Shown in pieces: positions 57,938-64,000 of a stretch of 64,000 bases of DNA. The stretch covers positions 4,064-68,063 of the forward strand of contig JBAZXG010000005.1 of the NCBI GenBank assembly GCA_041660005.1, in the 5' to 3' direction. The position numbers and the translations under genes were made by a program. The notes under the pieces are model-generated. The model ran no database searches and was not told the DNA's origin. It worked only from the letters and a program-made list of their open reading frames with translations. This DNA is from Patescibacteria group bacterium (lineage in GTDB: Bacteria > Patescibacteriota > Patescibacteriia > GWA2-46-9). Position 1 is the stretch's first letter. Each line of letters begins with the position of its first letter.

Positions 57938-58960
57938 CTATGACGCGCCGAGTTTTACGAGCCCTCGACCCGCTTTTAAGTCTTCTACTGTCTTTGCTAA
58001 ACCGTCCTTCAATAATGTTACCGGAAACCAGCTCAAATTTTCTTTGGCGCGAGTTATATTTGGAATAAGACGTGGATGATACCCATCTGGGTAATCTGGG
58101 CGCACCATAATGCGAACCTCTTCTTCAACGAGCGTCATCATCATGCGCGCGAGCTCAGTCAGCTGCAAAGCTTGATCGCTGCCAATGTTAACCGGCTGCT
58201 CGTCACCTGCGCTCATCAAGCGGATTAACCCTTTGACCGTATCGCTAACGTAGCAAAATGACCCCACGGCTTCGGACCCGCCGTAGATAATAACTTCTTT
58301 CCCTTTGAAAATATTTTGTAAAAATTCAGTTACCACATTCGAGTCATCGAGCCGCATGCGCGGCCCATAAGAAGAAAAAACGCGGGCAATCCGTACGTTG
58401 AGACCATAATTCCTGCGATACGATTCAACCAGCGCTTCCCCGAAACGCTGCGCCACAGCAAAGGCGCTGTAGTTATCAATGTGCGGCACTATCCCTTCAG
58501 CGCTCTCGCTAACACGTCCGCTGCCGTTTACCACCTGGCCATAAGTCGCATCTGACGAGACATAGCAAAAAATCGCCTTGCTCTCTTTGGCAAGATCCAG
58601 CGCATAGCGCAGTCCCACAGAATTGACCATCATGGTCTCTATGGGAAATCGTTCAACGTCGCTGCGCGAAGACGGGGAAGCCAAAAAATAAACTTCTTGA
58701 ACGCCTTGCCATGCCGCTTTAAATTTCTGTAAGGCACGTTCTTCTCCCGACAAAGAGAATGGCTCAGTAATATCATGGCGTATAAAAGCAAAGTCCGGAT
58801 TTTCAAGCAGGTGGTCAATGTTTTGCTCGCTCCCCGTCAAAAAATTATCAAGACAAATGACTTTTGATGTTTTGACCAGTTCATCACAGAGATGCGATCC
58901 TATAAAACCGGCGCCACCAATGACCAGTACGTTTTTTTTCTCAAAAATTGTTTTCGCCAT
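57938..58960 (-). CDS. NAD-dependent epimerase/dehydratase (extended SDR; UDP-sugar epimerase/decarboxylase-like)
   Basis: 340 aa. Rossmann start VLVIGGAGFIGSHLCDEL with YxxxK. Confidence 0.75.
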   Translation of the reverse strand: MAKTIFEKKNVLVIGGAGFIGSHLCDELVKTSKVICLDNFLTGSEQNIDHLLENPDFAFIRHDITEPFSLSGEERALQKFKAAWQGVQEVYFLASPSSRSDVERFPIETMMVNSVGLRYALDLAKESKAIFCYVSSDATYGQVVNGSGRVSESAEGIVPHIDNYSAFAVAQRFGEALVESYRRNYGLNVRIARVFSSYGPRMRLDDSNVVTEFLQNIFKGKEVIIYGGSEAVGSFCYVSDTVKGLIRLMSAGDEQPVNIGSDQALQLTELARMMMTLVEEEVRIMVRPDYPDGYHPRLIPNITRAKENLSWFPVTLLKDGLAKTVEDLKAGRGLVKLGAS

Positions 58961-58981
58961 GATGCATGATAAGAATGTATT

Positions 58982-59386
58982 CTAAGTCTCTAAAGTATAG
59001 CGAAAAACCCACTTTTTAGCGAATAGGAAGTTCCAGCACAGCGCTACAATCAAAATGGCTAACACCTTTGCTGCGAGATCATAGATATGGATAGTTTCCA
59101 CAAAAAGCGCTAAAAGAAGATTTTGCCATAGAATGCCAAGGCCGTAGACCGTTAAAAATTTGCCGTACCGACTCAGTGACAGTGGCGCTGGGTGGCGAAA
59201 GGTCCAGAGATGGTGCAGGGTGTAAGCAACGCTTGCCCCCAAAAACGAAGTTCCAACACTCGTCGCCAAATAGTGTGCGTAAAAAAACGGGATAAGACGA
59301 GTAAGCAAACTATAGCTACCAAAGTCAGCCACAGCAGAAGTTGCGCCGACGCTAGCAAAACGAAACAGTTGAGTCAGAAGCTCCAT
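58982..59386 (-). CDS. GtrA family membrane protein (polyprenol-P-sugar flippase-like)
   Basis: 134 aa, 4 TM. GtrA N-terminus QLFRFASVGATSAVADFGSY. Confidence 0.7.
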   Translation of the reverse strand: MELLTQLFRFASVGATSAVADFGSYSLLTRLIPFFYAHYLATSVGTSFLGASVAYTLHHLWTFRHPAPLSLSRYGKFLTVYGLGILWQNLLLALFVETIHIYDLAAKVLAILIVALCWNFLFAKKWVFRYTLET

Positions 59387-59395
59387 AGTGACACC

Positions 59396-61474
59396 CTATC
59401 TCAGTACCGCAACATTAATGCCAGCTCGGTAATACTGGTTATAGGCAAAGAATTGCCCAATCACTTTTCCTTGTGGTGTAAAGATTCGCACCTGCGGACC
59501 GCCGCCAGTTAGTGGCGCAATAACAATTTCATCAACGCCATCACTCGTAACATCACCAACACTCAACGAAACGCCGCCACGAAAGGTCTCCGGCAAAACA
59601 AAAAACTGATTCAACATTCGTCCGAAGCCATTAAATAGGCGCACTTGCGGACCACCGCCAGCCACGGGTGCAATAGCAATTTCTGCCTGTCCGTTTCCGT
59701 CTAAGTCTCCGCTTGCAACATTCACGCCGCCACGATAGGTCGGGTACGGGTACCATTCGCGAAGCAAATTTCCTTGGTCGTTGAACACACGCACGGGCAG
59801 GAATAAAGTTGTTGAGCTGACAATAATTTCATCTTTACCATCACCATTAACATCACCCGCCGCAACGCTAAACCCGCCGCGCAAGTTTTTGTCGTAGGCG
59901 AAAAATTGTGTGCGCAAGTTGCCGCCCCGATCGAAGACGCGAATCTGCGGACCGCTAGCGTTCGCCGCGGCTACAATAATACTGCCAACGCCGTCGCCAA
60001 ATATGTTACCGGCTGCAACGTTAATACCACTTCGGATGGGACGACTAAACGCGTACCACTGCGACAACGTTTCTCCATTTGTTGAAAGCATACGCACCCG
60101 ACCGAGCCCACTCTGCCCTTCGCCGATAATTATTCTCTGGTCGCCCCGTATAATGGCGCTTATGCGCACGCCACCATCTTCCGGAACGGAACGAGAATTT
60201 TCACTGACCGCAATGCCGCCTCCGCCGACAAAATCCTTACCGTAAACGGACCAGTTGTGCTGCATGGAGCCGTCGTTAAAAAACAGCTTGAGCTGCGGTT
60301 CATATAGTGTGTGCGCAACGGTGATAATGCGGCCAGCGGTGTTTGCCAAAGCCACAGGAGGAACTCTCGCAGGTGCCTCTGCGCCGAGTAAGGCACGACT
60401 GGCATCTACCCGCCCAACACCGAGCTTGCCAGTATAACCGTGATTCACCGTACTGATGTCGTCAGCACTTTTTAATAAAATATCGGTAATCTGAGCGTTC
60501 GTCAGTGTGGGATGAGCCGATTTTATAAGCGCCGCCACGCCAGTTACAACAGGCGCAGCAACAGACGTCCCAGACCAGCCGCCACCATAAGCATCGGTAA
60601 GACCTCTGGCAATGTCATACACTTCTGTGCTAAAAAAAAGCGTTCCCGGTGCAACAATATCCACGCAGCTTCCATAGTTTCCTGTCAGCAACCGCTGGTC
60701 CAGTGTATCAGTAGCGCCAACGCCGAGAATCCAATTTTCTTTTGCTCCGCTGTCAAAACAAACCGGGTAACGCGGGGATTGATCAAGGTTGCCGCCCGTA
60801 CCGTCGTTGTTGCCCGCAGCAACCACAATGAGAACGCCAGCATCATAGGCACGTCTTACCGCAGCATACAAACGATTACTATATCCCAGTCCAACAAAAC
60901 TTAAGTTAATGATGTCGGAACCATTCTTGACTGCGTAATCAACGGCGTCTGCTACGATATTAACGTCGCCCTCCCCTTTTGAGTCGAGAACTCTGAGCGG
61001 CATAATGCGCGTGTGCCAAGCAAGACCCGCAATGCCTTCAACATTATTTCCCGCCGCTGCAATAATTCCGGAAACAACCGTACCGTGATTCAGCGCTGTT
61101 CTACTAAACGGCGGCGTTGCATCAGGCCGTGGGTCTGCGGTACTTGAAACGAAGTCCCATCCGTTGACGTCGTCAATATATCCATTACCATCATTGTCTT
61201 TTCCGTCACCGGCAATTTCGCCGGGGTTTCGCCAAATATTTTCCCGAAGATCGGGGTGGTAAATATCAACACCGGTATCAAGAACTGCCACGACGACGTC
61301 TGGTACTCCCGTCGTTGTTTCCCACGCCGCAGGCGCACCAATTTGCTGCAAGTACCATTGCTTCGGATAGTAAACGTCGTTTGGGTCAAAGGCAGCAAGG
61401 ACTGGCTGACCAACAAACAGAAGAGTCAAGGATAAACCAATACATTTATTTAAAGTACACAAAAAATGTCTCAT
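59396..61474 (-). CDS. Secreted S8 (subtilisin-like) peptidase fused to FG-GAP/beta-propeller repeats
   Basis: 692 aa with a signal peptide. Catalytic triad blocks VLDTGVD, HGTVVSGIIAA, GTSVAAPVVTGVAALI. The C-terminal half carries repeated FG-GAP-like motifs (VAAGDVNGDGKDEIIVS, VASGDLDGNGQAEIAIAP, LSVGDVTSDGVDEIVIAP). Confidence 0.85.
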   Translation of the reverse strand: MRHFLCTLNKCIGLSLTLLFVGQPVLAAFDPNDVYYPKQWYLQQIGAPAAWETTTGVPDVVVAVLDTGVDIYHPDLRENIWRNPGEIAGDGKDNDGNGYIDDVNGWDFVSSTADPRPDATPPFSRTALNHGTVVSGIIAAAGNNVEGIAGLAWHTRIMPLRVLDSKGEGDVNIVADAVDYAVKNGSDIINLSFVGLGYSNRLYAAVRRAYDAGVLIVVAAGNNDGTGGNLDQSPRYPVCFDSGAKENWILGVGATDTLDQRLLTGNYGSCVDIVAPGTLFFSTEVYDIARGLTDAYGGGWSGTSVAAPVVTGVAALIKSAHPTLTNAQITDILLKSADDISTVNHGYTGKLGVGRVDASRALLGAEAPARVPPVALANTAGRIITVAHTLYEPQLKLFFNDGSMQHNWSVYGKDFVGGGGIAVSENSRSVPEDGGVRISAIIRGDQRIIIGEGQSGLGRVRMLSTNGETLSQWYAFSRPIRSGINVAAGNIFGDGVGSIIVAAANASGPQIRVFDRGGNLRTQFFAYDKNLRGGFSVAAGDVNGDGKDEIIVSSTTLFLPVRVFNDQGNLLREWYPYPTYRGGVNVASGDLDGNGQAEIAIAPVAGGGPQVRLFNGFGRMLNQFFVLPETFRGGVSLSVGDVTSDGVDEIVIAPLTGGGPQVRIFTPQGKVIGQFFAYNQYYRAGINVAVLR

Positions 61475-61597
61475 AGATGACTTAGATTATAGCACGACTT
61501 TTATTAACTACCGAAGTCAATAAAAATAGCTAACATTAAAACTAATAACTTGTAGGTGTTCATAAATCAACAACCCATCCGCAGGTGGTCAAGAAAG

Positions 61598-61680
61598 GAA
61601 CTTTTATTGCCGAGGATAACGAGCGAAGCACAAACTACAGTTTGTATTTCCGAGCAACGCAGGCAACAAAGGGTTTTATG
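61598..61680 (+). repeat. Partial (5' half) copy 4 of the structured intergenic repeat
   Basis: TTATTGCCGAGGATAACGAGCGAAGCACAAACTACAGTTTGTATTTCCGAGCAACGCAGGCAACAAAGGGTTT. The hairpin is ACAAACT-aca-GTTTGT here versus TGCATA-gcaa-TATGCA in copy 2, a compensatory replacement. Confidence 0.7.
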
Positions 61681-61693
61681 TCATGTATTACGA

Positions 61694-61735
61694 TTTTTAC
61701 ACCATTTTGTGCGTACGCACAAAATGGTGTAAAAA
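61694..61735. promoter_or_regulatory. 42-nt perfect palindrome (core TTTTGTGCGTACGCACAAAA)
   Basis: TTTTTACACCATTTTGTGCGTACGCACAAAATGGTGTAAAAA is perfectly self-complementary. It shares a 20-nt core with the palindrome at 62647-62686. Confidence 0.7.
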
Positions 61736-61982
61736 TTGAAAAACTCAAAAAGCAATAATACCAATTAACTCATTTCAGCTTTGTTTCGTTATTTTAAGGA
61801 CTCAACTAATCAATTACCCCACCCCAGGGGGGACGGGATATGTAATGGTGATCCCACTTCGCTGAGTCAAACTCATTTCCTTCACTTAAGCTACGGACGG
61901 TCAAGGAGCTACGAGGGATATTTTTGTCTTCTGCAACAGTAACCTCGCGGCAAGCCGACGAGGTATTGGGGACAAAAATAGA

Positions 61983-62639
61983 CTACCTTGCAGCTAAACT
62001 AAAATGCTTGCAATACTTGGCATCATCTTCAATTTTTTCAACAAGCGCATACGTTAAGTTGTCCGTTAAGTGGTAATGACGTCGCAACATCACAACTAAC
62101 TCATAACAATCGTAGGGGTATAAATAAACACTTTTTTGTATCTGCAATAGGCCAACGCGCTGCAGTGTCCGGCGAATGCTATTTCGAAATTTATGTTCTG
62201 TTTGTGGAATATCGAAAATAACTAACCTCCATTTTTTGTCCCATGTCTTTTTCATTTTAGGACGCCAGTGTGAAATACCAACAGCATCGAGCTTGTCTTT
62301 CCCCTTCTTTGTTAACTCAATAAGTTGTTCACCGTGCAATTTACGAATACGTATATACCCATGTGTGGCTAACCGACTAATTGCCGACCTCATATCAGCA
62401 ACCGTGAATTCGCGAGCATGCTTTTTGCGTGGTTTTGCAAAAAGAACCATGGCATTTGGTGCAAGGACAGCCACAGAAACTACCCCGACGACCAACACAG
62501 TCTTTAAAATATATGGCAATATATTCTGACGACTACTTGAACCAAACTGCATGTCATCATTTAAAATTTTATCAATTATTGATTGATTGAACTTTGTTTC
62601 TTTCTTTTGAGCTGTGGCTTGTTTGTTTATTTTTGTCAT
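61983..62639 (-). CDS. PaaX-like (Cas2-fold C-terminal domain) putative transcriptional regulator, membrane-anchored
   Basis: 218 aa with one TM (ILKTVLVVGVVSVAVLAPNAMVLFA). The C-terminal WDKKWRLVIFDIPQTEHKFRNSIRRTLQRVGLLQIQKSVYLYP resembles the PaaX C-terminal domain. Confidence 0.45.
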   Translation of the reverse strand: MTKINKQATAQKKETKFNQSIIDKILNDDMQFGSSSRQNILPYILKTVLVVGVVSVAVLAPNAMVLFAKPRKKHAREFTVADMRSAISRLATHGYIRIRKLHGEQLIELTKKGKDKLDAVGISHWRPKMKKTWDKKWRLVIFDIPQTEHKFRNSIRRTLQRVGLLQIQKSVYLYPYDCYELVVMLRRHYHLTDNLTYALVEKIEDDAKYCKHFSLAAR

Positions 62640-62646
62640 AATATCA

Positions 62647-62686
62647 TTTTACATATTTTTGTGCGTACGCACAAAAATATGTAAAA
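62647..62686. promoter_or_regulatory. 40-nt perfect palindrome (core TTTTGTGCGTACGCACAAAA) 8 nt upstream of the PaaX-like start codon
   Basis: TTTTACATATTTTTGTGCGTACGCACAAAAATATGTAAAA is perfectly self-complementary. Its core is identical to the 61694-61735 palindrome but the outer arms differ (ACATAT versus ACACCAT). Confidence 0.7.
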
Positions 62687-62816
62687 ACTACTTCTTGTAT
62701 TAAAATTCAAGCACCCACTAATAATTTGAACGATTGTTTTGGTAACTGCATAAATGCAAGTATACCAAATCAAAATCAACTGCGCTCCCTTGTCCTATCG
62801 AACTGCAAAAGCCGGA

Positions 62817-63503
62817 CTACTTTGTTTGGCTTATTTTTGCCTTAAGCTCTTGCACTTTAAGTTCATACTCTGCTTTATTTTGGTCGGACTTGTCTGCTAA
62901 AATTTGCCAGTATTTTATGGCGCTCGCGTAATCTTTCGTAACAGTCTCCAAGAATACGGCGTAGGCCTTCACAACGTTTAAGTTCTGACCACTTTTTGTA
63001 ACGGCGTCTGCGTAGAAATCATTGGCTGCACTGGTGTCGTGTAAATCATTCACATAAATTGTAGCGACGTCAAGCCAATATTCCGGTGCTTGCGGCGCTG
63101 CTTTGTATACACCCATATACGCTCCTATGGCTTCCTTATATTTACCTTGGAGAACATACATCCTCCCAAGGTTACTGAGGTATCGAGGGTCGTGCGCGTC
63201 TCTCTTGTTGGCGATAATAAACGCATTTGCCGCACCACTGTAATCGTTAAAGGCAGCGCGCAAAATACCAATCTGGTTATACAGACCTGCCTCATTCTTC
63301 CCCCACTCACCCGGGTGGTTCAACAGATCATGCTGACGATTTAAGTAATCTTTCTTCGCTTGGTCGCTTAAACTCGCAGGGAAATTGAGGCGCGTGTTCC
63401 AATAGCGAAAAGCGTAGGGGTATACAAAAAATGCACCGGCAACCAAAAGAACAATTAAACCAGCAACTATTGTTTGAATTTTTTTCATAGTAGCGAATAG
63501 CAT
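62817..63503 (-). CDS. Tetratricopeptide-repeat protein with N-terminal TM
   Basis: 228 aa with an N-terminal TM and TPR-like Y/A/G periodicity (AIGAYMGVYKAAPQAPEYWLDVATIYVN). Confidence 0.6.
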   Translation of the reverse strand: MLFATMKKIQTIVAGLIVLLVAGAFFVYPYAFRYWNTRLNFPASLSDQAKKDYLNRQHDLLNHPGEWGKNEAGLYNQIGILRAAFNDYSGAANAFIIANKRDAHDPRYLSNLGRMYVLQGKYKEAIGAYMGVYKAAPQAPEYWLDVATIYVNDLHDTSAANDFYADAVTKSGQNLNVVKAYAVFLETVTKDYASAIKYWQILADKSDQNKAEYELKVQELKAKISQTK

Positions 63504-63663
63504 AGCAATTCTCGGGCGCGCAAGGCAAGTACGCGTATATTAATACAAGTGACAATATTGACTCAATTTAACATTCTTACATTCTTGAGAATGTTGGAAT
63601 ATCAAAGTTAGTTTTCGATAGTAAATGCCGAAAAAATAGGGTTGCTTTGGTACACCATAAGCA

Positions 63664-63706
63664 AAACCCCCTCCGTGTCCGCCGTTAGGCGGATCGGAGG
63701 GGGTTT
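63664..63706 (-). terminator. Rho-independent terminator for the edge-truncated minus-strand gene
   Basis: 9-bp GC stem CCCCCTCCG...CGGAGGGGG enclosing a CCGCC-GTTA-GGCGG hairpin. On the minus strand it is followed by TTTTGCTT, 55 nt past the stop at 63761. Confidence 0.6.
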
Positions 63707-63760
63707 GCTCGATCAGGCAACTACTGCCGTGATCCCAACCTTACTAAGTCCTACAACGGA

Positions 63761-64000
63761 TTAGTAGAGGAAGGTCGGACCGTTCACCGGGTAGCTATCC
63801 GAGATAGTAAAGCCTGTGAGAGCTGAACCACCGGACGGAGTGTAGCCCCAGGTCAAGCCGCCATTAGAAGCGCCTTGGGTCCCGTTAATCTTCGTGTTGA
63901 AGCTAACAGTTGAACCACTTACTGCACCAGTACGTACAGCTGTGGTGTCGGCCTTAACCGTGAGGGTCAGACCTGAACCAGCTGTAACTCCCTGTGAAGC
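63761..64000 (-). CDS. Hypothetical secreted/surface protein (partial; 5' end beyond window end)
   Basis: Minus-strand open frame running off the window. Its C-terminus is ...GLTLTVKADTTAVRTGAVSGSTVSFNTKINGTQGASNGGLTWGYTPSGGSALTGFTISDSYPVNGPTFLY* with TAA at 63761-63763. It is Gly/Thr/Ser-rich, beta-like, and not in the ORF track. Confidence 0.5.
   Translation of the reverse strand, partial: ASQGVTAGSGLTLTVKADTTAVRTGAVSGSTVSFNTKINGTQGASNGGLTWGYTPSGGSALTGFTISDSYPVNGPTFLY

Noticed and set aside
1-64000. Scan for tRNA, rRNA and CRISPR arrays
   Set aside because: No GTTCGANTC-type T-loop/acceptor pattern was seen in intergenic regions. There are no arrays of regularly spaced short direct repeats. 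There is no rRNA-like conserved sequence.

Overview
This 64-kb window looks like a Candidate Phyla Radiation (Patescibacteria, Saccharibacteria-like) chromosomal segment. It is gene-dense, about 45–55% GC, and mostly minus-strand. In window order it carries: (1) an edge-truncated membrane protein and a sigma-70 region-4 HTH protein; (2) secDF; (3) a low-GC three-gene Nudix / 2-deoxyribosyltransferase-like / Nudix island; (4) secA; (5) hpf and a truncated dcw block (murB-murC-murG-ftsW-mraY); (6) a plus-strand type IV pilus assembly cluster (pilB-pilC-pilM-pilN-pilO) followed by rpmA (L27); (7) housekeeping genes (IMPase, EamA/DMT transporter, crcB, surE, pyrG, rplI, S41 protease, murA, PEGA protein, VanW-like, DsbA-like); (8) a dTDP-rhamnose operon (rmlBCDA); (9) a 1940-aa multi-domain surface adhesin with a 21-Gly linker and a C-terminal sorting-signal-like anchor; (10) CAP-domain and HIT proteins; (11) a surface-glycosylation locus (GtrA, polyprenol-P sugar synthase, DUF2304, GT2, two GT4, two GT-C-type membrane proteins, one SDR epimerase/dehydratase); (12) an S8 protease fused to FG-GAP repeats; (13) a PaaX/Cas2-fold regulator-like gene flanked by two 40–42-nt perfect palindromes sharing the core TTTTGTGCGTACGCACAAAA; (14) a TPR protein and a second edge-truncated secreted protein. 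The most unusual non-coding signal is a ~170-nt intergenic element present in three full copies, one internally deleted mini-copy and one half copy, with compensatory base changes preserving hairpins, which suggests a structured RNA or REP-like family. No tRNA, rRNA or CRISPR array was recognised. Two real genes at the window edges are missing from the supplied ORF track because they run off the window.
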